Source of the DNA: Solirubrobacteraceae bacterium
GTDB taxonomy: Bacteria; Actinomycetota; Thermoleophilia; Solirubrobacterales; Solirubrobacteraceae
Reading direction: 5' to 3'
Assembly (NCBI GenBank): GCA_036509655.1
Contig: DATCFG010000031.1
Location: forward strand, 21,665 to 85,664
DNA length: 64,000 bases
Position numbers and translations under genes: made by a program. The notes under the pieces were generated by a model. It did not search any database, was not told the origin of the DNA, and worked only from the letters and a program-made list of their open reading frames with translations. Each line of letters opens with the position of its first letter. The first letter of the stretch is position 1. Shown piece after piece: positions 19,819-28,177 of this stretch.

Positions 19819-20190
19819 TCAGGGGTGCGGGGTGATGGCGATAATGGCTATCTCACCCTTTTCGGGTCCGTAACACCAGAAGATGCGGTACGCGCCTGGG
19901 GTCTTGTTTTGAGCGTAGGCCTCGAAAACCTTCCCCTTCGGGTCGAAGGGATGTGCGAGCGAGTCGTACTCGTGGGTGTGCAGGCTGCTGTGGCGAGGGT
20001 TGGCGGCGAGCTGTGAAACGGCCTTTGCCACCTGCTTGAACAGCCCCTCCTGCTTGGAGGACTTTGTCTTTCTCTTCCCACCGGACTGCTTGTTTGCCCG
20101 TGCGCGTGTACTCGCCGCTCGGTCGGCTGCCTTGTGAAGCTCTTCGAAGGTCTCCGTGGCCTGTGAAGTCCAGAGCAGGCGGAAGCTCAT
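19819..20190 (-). CDS. RelE/ParE-like toxin candidate
   Basis: 123 aa, basic; NPRHSSLHTHEY, FEAYAQNKTPGAYRIFWCYGP; overlaps the upstream small gene by 4 nt. Confidence 0.65.
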   Translation of the reverse strand: MSFRLLWTSQATETFEELHKAADRAASTRARANKQSGGKRKTKSSKQEGLFKQVAKAVSQLAANPRHSSLHTHEYDSLAHPFDPKGKVFEAYAQNKTPGAYRIFWCYGPEKGEIAIIAITPHP

Positions 20191-20459
20191 TCGTCGTCTG
20201 GGAGACCGTCAGCAAATGCAAACGCGCCGTCGAGATCCGGACCATCGCTAAGCTCGCCCTCGCGCGCCTGGTGCAGGCCACGGTCGACCATGCCCTTCGC
20301 GGTCTCGTTCTCCCACAGCCACGCCTCGCGTTCGGGAACTACGCGGTAGAACTTGACGACGATCCCATCCTCATCCTTCTCGATTTGCACAGTCCGCCCG
20401 GCGAACTCCTGCCCGAGCGTCAGGCGGCCCTTCTCGTCGATGGTCTTGAGCGCGGGCAT
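20187..20459 (-). CDS. AbrB/MazE-like antitoxin candidate
   Basis: MPALKTIDEKGRLTLG (AbrB-type IDxKGR) with acidic C-terminus. Confidence 0.65.
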   Translation of the reverse strand: MPALKTIDEKGRLTLGQEFAGRTVQIEKDEDGIVVKFYRVVPEREAWLWENETAKGMVDRGLHQAREGELSDGPDLDGAFAFADGLPDDE

Positions 20460-20605
20460 ATCGAATCCTCTTTGTGGGCCAGTGGATAAGTGGGACGGGC
20501 CCACTATAGCAAGCGTCAACTCTGTCGCACAAACATCGCTCATGGGCTACGGTGGCTCAGTCGGGGGAATCCGCCCGGCGAACCCGCGACGAACTGGAGG
20601 CTGAG

Positions 20606-20884
20606 ATGGCGTACGCGATCGTCAACGACTTCGAGGGCGGTACGAAGGAACAGTACGAGGCCACCACCGCGGTGGTGCACCCGCCCGGTGGTCTGCCCGC
20701 CGGTCAGACGCATCACTACGCCGGGCCGAGCGCGAACGGCTGGGTGGTCGTCGCGGTCTGGGAGTCGAAGGAGATCTGGGAGAAGTTCCGCGACGAGACG
20801 CTGTTGCCCGCCGTCCAGGCAGGGTCGTCGGTTTTGCCCGGCCCACCGAAGACGACGGAGTTCGAGGTCGAGGTCGAGTTCTAG
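20606..20884 (+). CDS. small dimeric alpha/beta-barrel (ABM-like) protein
   Basis: GGAGG RBS; GWVVVAVWESKEIWEKF pattern. Confidence 0.65.
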   Translation: MAYAIVNDFEGGTKEQYEATTAVVHPPGGLPAGQTHHYAGPSANGWVVVAVWESKEIWEKFRDETLLPAVQAGSSVLPGPPKTTEFEVEVEF

Positions 20885-20989
20885 AAGCAATGGCGCCGCT
20901 CGTCAGCCCACCTGTGCCGTGGGTATCCAGGCGGGCATCACGAGACCGAGAGGCTAGAACAGGGGACGTGACGCGAGTCGCGCCTCGAG

Positions 20990-21733
20990 TTACGTTGGCC
21001 CAACGGTGAGCTCGTACAGCTCGCGTGGCGATTCCCCGGTCAGGTGCCAGCCTTCCTCGGTGGTTGTGAGCACGCCGCGGCGGGACAGGTCGGCGAGCGC
21101 GCTGCTCACGGTCGGACGACGGGCAGCGATCAGATCCGCGAGCGCCGAGTGGGTGAGGCGCAACGGGAGGTTCACCCCGTCGGCTCGCATCCGTCCCCAG
21201 CGCTCGGCCAGGTGCCAGAACAGCGTGTGCAGCCGGATGTCGACGCGGGGGTGCTGGTGGATCGCCATCAACACCGCGAGGTTGCGCGAACGGTTCATCG
21301 TGCGGGCCACGAGTTGAGTGGCGATCTGGGGATAGCGTGCAGCATGGCCGGCGAACTCGAGGTCCAGTACCGCGATCCGCGTGGGTGCGAGAACCTTGCG
21401 GTTGGTGCTCAGTGGCAGGGTGAGCGCGTCGGTCGCTTCTTGTGAGGGGCGCAGCAGATCTCCGCACCCGAGCAGCTCCGCGCCGAAGCGGTCGTCCATG
21501 CCCATGCGGCGGATGACTAAGCCCTCGAGGATCAGCAGGCCGATCCCGTTGCCCATCGCGACTGGAGTGTCATCGGGCGACCAGGCGCCGGGGGCAAGTT
21601 CGATGATGCGGGCCGTGCATTCTTGGAACGCCTGATCGCGCACGTGTGCCGGCAACGCGTTGCAGAGGTCGATGTCCTCGAGCAGGACGTGACAGACCCG
21701 CCCTTGCTCGGCCAAGCGCGGCGCCAGATGCAT
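20990..21733 (-). CDS. Crp/Fnr-family transcriptional regulator
   Basis: ELLGCGDLLRP; C-terminal LRLTHSALADLIAARRPTVSSAL HTH; start inferred. Confidence 0.85.
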   Translation of the reverse strand: MHLAPRLAEQGRVCHVLLEDIDLCNALPAHVRDQAFQECTARIIELAPGAWSPDDTPVAMGNGIGLLILEGLVIRRMGMDDRFGAELLGCGDLLRPSQEATDALTLPLSTNRKVLAPTRIAVLDLEFAGHAARYPQIATQLVARTMNRSRNLAVLMAIHQHPRVDIRLHTLFWHLAERWGRMRADGVNLPLRLTHSALADLIAARRPTVSSALADLSRRGVLTTTEEGWHLTGESPRELYELTVGPT

Positions 21734-21827
21734 GCTCGGTCCAGCAGGCGATGAAGGCGAGCGCGGAGGTTCGCACACAACGGCACCCGCACTGAGTGAG
21801 CCACGACTCATCCCCGCAAACCATACA

Positions 21828-21849
21828 ACAAGCAACGCACGTTGTTTGT
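21828..21849. promoter_or_regulatory. ACAAGCAACG-CA-CGTTGTTTGT imperfect palindrome
   Basis: 10-2-10 inverted repeat with one mismatch between the divergent crp and chrB-N genes. Confidence 0.5.
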
Positions 21850-21902
21850 AACGCGAGTTTCGAAAGGGATGTGCCTTTGCGTGCGTCTGTAGGCTCCAAC
21901 AG

Positions 21903-22526
21903 ATGCTCTGGCACCTGTTCGTATACCGCCTACCGACGAAGAGCTCGAGCATGCGGGTCGCGGTGTGGCGGGAGCTGCGCCGCATCGGCGCGCTGCCACT
22001 GCAGCAGGCCGTCGTCGCGCTCCCCGAAGAGGGTGGCCTGAGCGACCAGCTCGACGCGATCGCCGACCGTGTCCGCAACCAGGGTGGCATCGTCTACCGC
22101 TTCCCGCTGGCAGGGCTCAGCGAGGAGGATCGCGCGCGACTGCAGGGAGAATGGAACGCGCTGCGCACCCAGGAGTACGAGGAGATCGTCGAGGAGTGCC
22201 AGACCAAGTTCGAGCGCGAGATCGAGTTTGAGATCTTCCGCGGGAACCTGACCGGCGCCGAGGCGGAGGAGATCGAAGCCGACCTCGAGAAGATTAAAAC
22301 GTGGTACGAGCGCATTCGCGCACGCGACGTGTTTGCCGTCGCGGACCGCGAGCGCGCCGAGACGGCGATCGCAAAGTGCGAGCGCCTGCTCGAGGACTTC
22401 GTGCAGCGCGTGTACGACGCCGAGACCGAGCATGGACCATCGCTAGAGCCGCCCGTAGGCACCGACTGGTCTGAACACTCCACGCACCCAGAGCAAGAGA
22501 CGTACTCGGCCCCCGCAGAGGGCTGA
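21903..22526 (+). CDS. ChrB N-terminal-domain protein (stand-alone)
   Basis: YRLPTKSSSMRVAVWRELRRIGALPLQQAV, EYEEIVEEC, LEKIKTWYERIRARDVF; no rhodanese-like C-domain. Confidence 0.8.
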   Translation: MLWHLFVYRLPTKSSSMRVAVWRELRRIGALPLQQAVVALPEEGGLSDQLDAIADRVRNQGGIVYRFPLAGLSEEDRARLQGEWNALRTQEYEEIVEECQTKFEREIEFEIFRGNLTGAEAEEIEADLEKIKTWYERIRARDVFAVADRERAETAIAKCERLLEDFVQRVYDAETEHGPSLEPPVGTDWSEHSTHPEQETYSAPAEG

Positions 22527-22740
22527 CTGCCGGCCGAGCCGGCCGGCAGTCGCCGAACGCGTTTGTCAGAAGGCTGACACCGAGCGGGCGGCGTTCACAT
22601 TCTGACCACATCCTGACGATCCCTTGCGGGAAGGTTGTGCGGGTCACGACGATCCATCCGAGCAGAGCCATGCGCCGGGTGTCGTGGCGATCGTCCAGTC
22701 CATCCGACTCCAGCCAATCCGACAAAGGAGCCCGTCGCGC

Positions 22741-23811
22741 ATGACCGCCCGGTTCGTTCGTTCAACCCTCATCGCCCTCGCGGCGCTGGCGAGCGTGTTT
22801 GCGATCGCCGCCTGCGGGAGCAGCTCGACATCCTCGACAACGACGCAGGCCGCCGCCACCTCCTCCGCGACGGGCAAGCCGACGTTGCTCGTCTATTCGG
22901 CCCAGGGCTATTCGCCCAACGGCGTAGAAGCGTTCACCAAGGAAACCGGTATTCCGGCGAAGCTCGTGGAAGACAGCACAGGTCCTCTGTTGGCGCGTAT
23001 TCAGGCTGAGAAGGCCAACCCGCAGTGGGGTCTCCTGTGGGTCGACGGCAACGAGGCGTTCGCGCAGCTCGACACGGAAGGGCTGCTGAAGAAGGGCCTG
23101 ACGGTCCCCGCGCTTACGAGCACCGGGCAGGACCTCATCCCAGCGGACAAGAGCTTCGTGCCGACCGGCCTGACGACGGCGTGCACGATGATCTACAACG
23201 CAAAGACGGTCGCCAGTCCTCCGACGAGTTGGCAGCAGCTCCTGGAAAGCAAGTGGTCGGGCAAGATCGGGATGAACAACCCGGCGGTCTCGGGACCCAC
23301 ATTCCCGTGCGTGGCTGGCCTGATGAACTACCTCGGGGGCGTCTCGCAGGGAGAAGCGTTCCTGCAGAAGCTCAAGAGCAATGGCCTGCACGTCTCCGAA
23401 GCCAACAGCGACACGCTGCACCTGCTGGAAACCGGCCAGATCCAGATCGGGCTGATCCAGAGCTCCGCGGCGATCGGAGCGGCGTCGAAGGTGCCAGGCC
23501 TGAAGGTCGCCTACCTCCCGAAGGAGACATTGCTGCCGAGCGTGATCGGGATCGACTCGAAGACCCCGGTCACCGTGCAGGAAGAGGCACAGCAGTTCCT
23601 CACATGGGTGCTCTCACCAGCCGGGCAACATCAGATGCAGATCGGCGATCCGCACGGTGACTCGCTGTACTGGCCGGTGGCGCCGGGAACGAAGCCGCTG
23701 CCGCTGCTACCCGAACTGGGCACCCTCTCCACGCAGACGATCGACCCGTACGAATGGGGTGCGAGGGAGGCCAAGATCAACGACTGGTTCAACTCGAACA
23801 TCGCCCAGTGA
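22741..23811 (+). CDS. ABC substrate-binding lipoprotein (FbpA/AfuA/PotD-type)
   Basis: Lipobox IAAC, Ser/Thr linker, DSTGPLLARI, NNPAVSG. Confidence 0.85.
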   Translation: MTARFVRSTLIALAALASVFAIAACGSSSTSSTTTQAAATSSATGKPTLLVYSAQGYSPNGVEAFTKETGIPAKLVEDSTGPLLARIQAEKANPQWGLLWVDGNEAFAQLDTEGLLKKGLTVPALTSTGQDLIPADKSFVPTGLTTACTMIYNAKTVASPPTSWQQLLESKWSGKIGMNNPAVSGPTFPCVAGLMNYLGGVSQGEAFLQKLKSNGLHVSEANSDTLHLLETGQIQIGLIQSSAAIGAASKVPGLKVAYLPKETLLPSVIGIDSKTPVTVQEEAQQFLTWVLSPAGQHQMQIGDPHGDSLYWPVAPGTKPLPLLPELGTLSTQTIDPYEWGAREAKINDWFNSNIAQ

Positions 23812-23857
23812 GCAAGTCGACCGCGGGCGTGATGACGGCGACCTGGACTTCCTCCGC

Positions 23858-25678
23858 GTGGCCCCCGATCCGCTGAGTCGGCGTCAATTCGCCCCTGCCG
23901 CCGCCGGGACGCTCGAGATCCCGGCGGCACAGGCCGGCTTTGGGGCGCGCGCGGCGCGTCTGTTGGGTGCGCTGCCGCGCCCGAGCCTCCCCGCCGTGAT
24001 GGCGGTGCTGCTCGGCCTACTGCTGGTCGTGCCGATCGGGGCGTTCCTGCTCGTGTCTGTCACTCCGCGCCTGTTTGCGCAGGGCAGCTCGTGGTTCACG
24101 CTCGCGCCGTTCAAAGAAGCGCTCAGCGGCCCGTCGTTGCACGCGCTCGGCGACTCGGCGCTGGTCGGGATCGGCGCCTGCATCCTCGCGCTGGCGTGGG
24201 CGCTGCCGCTGGCGCTGCTCGTGCAGCGCACGAACCTGTTCGGCCGGCGGCTGTGGCAGTTCGGCGTCTGGGCGCTGCTGCTGGCGCCCAGCTACCTGAT
24301 GGCGCTCGGCTGGGAGAGGCTGTTCGAGCCCGGTGGAGTGCTCGCCCGCGCCGGGATCGAAATGCCCTTCATACGAGGTCTGCTCTATGGGCCGGTCGGC
24401 GTGATCGGGGTGCTCGGTGTCAAGGGCGTGCCGTTCGCGTTCCTGGCGATCTCCGCTGCGCTGCCCGGGCTGGGATCGAGCTTCGAGCATGCCGCGCGAG
24501 CGCACGGAGCGGGGCGCTCCAGAGCGCTGCGCATGGTCCTGCCGATTCTGGCGCCGGCGCTGTGGACGGCGCTGGCGATCGTGTTCGCGGAGTCGATCAG
24601 CGATTTTGGCGTCGCCGCGACGCTTGCATATACGGCCCATTTCCCGATGGCGACGTTCTCGCTTTACAACGCTGTCGACAACGAGCCGATCCAGTTCAGC
24701 CTCGCCGCCGCGATCGGATGCACGCTGGTCGGCCTGGCGGCAATCGCGCTGCTGGCCCAGCGCCGGGCGATGCACGGGCGCTCCTACCAGGTTCTCTCCG
24801 GTCGCACGCGGCCCTATTCGCGACACAAACTCGGTGCGCTCGCGCATGCCGGCGCGTTGGCGGGCGTGATCGCGTTCTTCCTCGTGGCAATCGGCGTGCC
24901 GGTGTTCGGCGCGGTCAGCGCCTCCTTGTTGAAGGACCTCGGCACGTTGCAGCAGGGGTTCGCGCTGACGCTTGAAAACTACAACCGAGTGCTCTCCAGC
25001 AAGACGTTGTACGAGCCCCTGCTGTACTCGCTGAAGCTGGCCGTGATCGTCTCGTTCGTGGTGATGGGGCTGGCGGTGCCGGTGGCGCGACTGCTGACGC
25101 GCCGCTCGATCGGGCTGGTCGGGCGAACACTCGATCTGGTGCTGCTCGGCGCGGTCGCGCTGCCCTCGATCGTGATGGCCGCCGGGTATATCCTGATCTA
25201 CAACCTGCCGATCATGCACTCGCTGGGGATCGCGCTGTACGGCACGACCGCGCTGTTGGCGATCGGCTACATGGCGGGCGCATTGCCCAACAACGCGCGC
25301 ATCCTGATCGGCCCGCTCGCGCAGCTGCACGACTCGCTGCTGGCGAGCGCACGCACACATGGCGCGAGTGCGGCCGGCTCCTGGCGGCGGGTCGCGATAC
25401 CGGTCATCTCCCGCTACATCATCTGGGTCTGGTTGTACTGCTTCGCGACCACGCTTCTGGAGCTACCGATCTCCGAGCTGCTCTACCCCGCCGGTCAGTT
25501 CCCGTTCTCAGTCGCGGTCCAGCGCCGGCTGGAAGCCTATGATTTCGCCGGTGGCACCGCGATGGAGGTGATCGCCGTGATCGGGGCGATCACGGTCACG
25601 GCGCTTGTGCTTGGCGCCTACAGGCTGCTCGCACCGGCCGGCTGGCGCAAGGTGGGCGCCACGGGGACAGCCGGATGA
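23858..25678 (+). CDS. ABC permease with two TM domains (FbpB/AfuB-type)
   Basis: Two EAA-like loops (FEHAARAHGAG, LLASARTHGAS); start uncertain. Confidence 0.85.
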   Translation: MAPDPLSRRQFAPAAAGTLEIPAAQAGFGARAARLLGALPRPSLPAVMAVLLGLLLVVPIGAFLLVSVTPRLFAQGSSWFTLAPFKEALSGPSLHALGDSALVGIGACILALAWALPLALLVQRTNLFGRRLWQFGVWALLLAPSYLMALGWERLFEPGGVLARAGIEMPFIRGLLYGPVGVIGVLGVKGVPFAFLAISAALPGLGSSFEHAARAHGAGRSRALRMVLPILAPALWTALAIVFAESISDFGVAATLAYTAHFPMATFSLYNAVDNEPIQFSLAAAIGCTLVGLAAIALLAQRRAMHGRSYQVLSGRTRPYSRHKLGALAHAGALAGVIAFFLVAIGVPVFGAVSASLLKDLGTLQQGFALTLENYNRVLSSKTLYEPLLYSLKLAVIVSFVVMGLAVPVARLLTRRSIGLVGRTLDLVLLGAVALPSIVMAAGYILIYNLPIMHSLGIALYGTTALLAIGYMAGALPNNARILIGPLAQLHDSLLASARTHGASAAGSWRRVAIPVISRYIIWVWLYCFATTLLELPISELLYPAGQFPFSVAVQRRLEAYDFAGGTAMEVIAVIGAITVTALVLGAYRLLAPAGWRKVGATGTAG

Positions 25679-27075
25679 TGCCGCCACGCGCACAACCCGA
25701 TCGCGGCGCCGGCGGGGACGGCCCCATGCCGGCGCCCAGCGCGCTCGAGCTGTGCGCCCTCACCAAGCGCTACGGCGACGTGGAGGCACTGTCCAACGTG
25801 TCGCTGTCGCTGGCCCCCGGCCGCTTCCTGGTGCTGCTCGGACCCTCCGGATCGGGGAAGTCGACGCTGATTCGTTGTTTGGCTGGGATCGAGCGTCCCA
25901 GCGCGGGGTCGATCATGCTCGCCGGCACTCCCGTTGCCGTCCAGCGCAGACATGTGCCACCAGAGCGGCGGGACCTGGCGATGGTCTTCCAGGATTTCGC
26001 GCTCTGGCCGCACCTGACTGTCTCCCGTAATGTCGCGTTCGCACTACGCCGCCGCCGGATCTCCACGGCCGAGACGGCCCACCGGGTGTCAGAGATGCTG
26101 GATCGGGTCGGCATCGGGCGCCTGTCCTCACGCTACCCACACGAACTCTCCGGTGGAGAGCAGCAGCGCGTGGCGCTCGCTCGTGCGCTCGTGGCCCGAC
26201 CGTCGCTGCTGCTGTTCGACGAGCCCCTCTCATCGCTTGACGCGAACCTGCGCGAGCGGCTGCGGATCGAGATCAGCACGCTCGTCAGGGAGATCGGGGC
26301 GAGCGCCGTCTACATCACCCATGACCAGGGCGAGGCGTTCGCGCTTGGCGACGAGGTCGGCGTGCTCCAGAACGGACGGCTCGTGCAACACGCCACCCCC
26401 GAGGATGTGTACCGGCGCCCCGCGAGCGCGTTCGTGGCCAGGTTCACCGGTCTGGCGGGAGAGCTGCAGGGGCGAGTGCTGACCGCGCCAAGCCGGACCG
26501 ACCTACCCCCGGAGACGCACTCCGGCGAGGAGGCGAGGGAAATCAACGCTGCCCAACATCCCGCAAGGGACGGCACTCCTCGTGAGCTGGTGCGCGTGCT
26601 GATCGCCGCCACTGGCACCACCCGCGTCAGCGAGCTGCTCGCCTCCTGCACTGAACCGCTCGCGCCCGGTCAGGCCGTGCAGATCCTCATACGGCCCGCG
26701 GCCGTGACGCTCACCGCTCCCGACGATCCCGATGCGAGCCTGCGGGGTACGGTCCTCGACAGCGCGTTCCGCGGACGCGGCTATGACCACGTGGTCAGGT
26801 TGCCGGACGGGTTTCTGCTGAGCGAGATATTCTCGAGTCACAGCCACCGCCGCGAACAGGCCGTCGGCCTGCGGATCGACCCCGACGGTTGCCTGACCTT
26901 CACCGCCGACGGCGCCGTCTCCACAAATGCGCAAGCCCAGCAGCACACGGTGCAATCCCCGAACGGAGTAACCCCGATGCCTGCCGCGGACCGGGCCTCG
27001 GCGGCGAGGCCCACAAGTGAAGCGTCAAGATTTGACCTGTCCCCCGACAGGCCTTCGGATCACGTAATCATCTAA
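25675..27075 (+). CDS. ABC ATP-binding protein (FbpC/PotA-type)
   Basis: GPSGSGKST, MVFQDFALWPH, LSGGEQQRVALAR, TOBE-like C-terminus. Confidence 0.92.
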   Translation: MMPPRAQPDRGAGGDGPMPAPSALELCALTKRYGDVEALSNVSLSLAPGRFLVLLGPSGSGKSTLIRCLAGIERPSAGSIMLAGTPVAVQRRHVPPERRDLAMVFQDFALWPHLTVSRNVAFALRRRRISTAETAHRVSEMLDRVGIGRLSSRYPHELSGGEQQRVALARALVARPSLLLFDEPLSSLDANLRERLRIEISTLVREIGASAVYITHDQGEAFALGDEVGVLQNGRLVQHATPEDVYRRPASAFVARFTGLAGELQGRVLTAPSRTDLPPETHSGEEAREINAAQHPARDGTPRELVRVLIAATGTTRVSELLASCTEPLAPGQAVQILIRPAAVTLTAPDDPDASLRGTVLDSAFRGRGYDHVVRLPDGFLLSEIFSSHSHRREQAVGLRIDPDGCLTFTADGAVSTNAQAQQHTVQSPNGVTPMPAADRASAARPTSEASRFDLSPDRPSDHVII

Positions 27076-27124
27076 CCGACACGTAGGAGCACAGCATGGA
27101 CATCCAATCGGAAGCATCACGAGC

Positions 27125-27913
27125 ATGAGCGGAGCAGATATCGGGCTGGCCCTGTCGGTCTTCCTCGCCTGCTCCGTGGAGGCCGTCGAGGCGTTGACGA
27201 TCGTGCTTGCGGTCGGCGCCACCCGCAGCTGGTCCTCGGCGCTGAGCGGCGTCGGCGCCGCGACGCTGGCGCTCGCCGTGATCGTGACGGCGCTCGGCCC
27301 GGCGCTCACCTCGCTGCCGATCGACGTCCTGCGCGTGATCGTCGGCGGCCTGCTGTTGATCTTCGGCCTGCAGTGGCTGCGTAAGGCGATCCTGCGCGCC
27401 GCGGGGCTGAAGGCCAAGCACGACGAGCTGCAGATCTATGAGGAGGAGGCCGCGGCCGCGCGTGCGGCCGGCGCCGCTCCCGCGGGCTTCGATGGGTACG
27501 CGTTCACGATCGCGTTCAAGGGAGTGCTGCTGGAGGGCCTGGAGGTCGCGTTCATCGTGCTCACGTTCGGCGCCAACCAGCACCGCGTCCCACTGGCCGC
27601 CGTGGCCGCCGTGCTCGCCGTGCTGCTGGTCGTCTTCGCGGGCTTCGCGGCGCGAGCGCCGCTGGCGCGGGTGCCGGAGAACACGATGAAGTTCGCGGTC
27701 GGTGTGATGCTCAGCTCGTTCGGGATGTTCTGGGGCGCCGAGGGCGCCGGCGCGAGCTGGCCGGGGGGCGACGCCGCGCTGCTGGCGATCGTCCCCGGGG
27801 TCCTGCTGGTCGCGAGCGCGATGATCTGGACCCTGCGCCGAGCGCCGGGACTGGCCGGCGCCGAGCAGGCGATGCCCGGCGAGCCCCACGACCGGGCGAC
27901 GGTGAGCGCATGA
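27125..27913 (+). CDS. COG4280-type membrane protein (LysE superfamily, ExxE motifs)
   Basis: Two internal repeats: EAVEALTIV and EGLEVAFIV. Confidence 0.75.
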   Translation: MSGADIGLALSVFLACSVEAVEALTIVLAVGATRSWSSALSGVGAATLALAVIVTALGPALTSLPIDVLRVIVGGLLLIFGLQWLRKAILRAAGLKAKHDELQIYEEEAAAARAAGAAPAGFDGYAFTIAFKGVLLEGLEVAFIVLTFGANQHRVPLAAVAAVLAVLLVVFAGFAARAPLARVPENTMKFAVGVMLSSFGMFWGAEGAGASWPGGDAALLAIVPGVLLVASAMIWTLRRAPGLAGAEQAMPGEPHDRATVSA

Positions 27914-28116
27914 GCCGCGTTCGGGGATTCGCGATCGGTGTCTGGGAGTTCGTCGTCGGCGACGACTTGCGGGCCGCGCTCGGGGTCGTGCTCGCCCTCG
28001 CCTTTACCGCGCTGCTGGCCGGCGGCGGGATCTCGGCCTGGTGGGTGATGCCGCTCGCCGTGATCGTCCTGCTCGCGCTCTCGCTCCGCCGCGCCGCGCG
28101 CGGGGCCTCGCGCTAG
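27910..28116 (+). CDS. small 2-TM membrane protein
   Basis: ATGA overlap; WEFVVGDD followed by two hydrophobic helices. Confidence 0.7.
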   Translation: MSRVRGFAIGVWEFVVGDDLRAALGVVLALAFTALLAGGGISAWWVMPLAVIVLLALSLRRAARGASR

Positions 28117-28177
28117 GGACGCTGTCAGGCTTGGCCGACCCGGTGGCTGCCGGCCCAGGCGAAGCCGCGGCAGGATC

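Noticed and set aside
19538-19873. 111-aa ORF with a signal-peptide-like start
   Set aside because: No recognisable domain, the second half looks non-coding and overlaps the toxin gene; at most a fragment.
21903-22526. Functional chromate-resistance operon
   Set aside because: No chrA transporter, and the ChrB rhodanese-like C-domain is missing.
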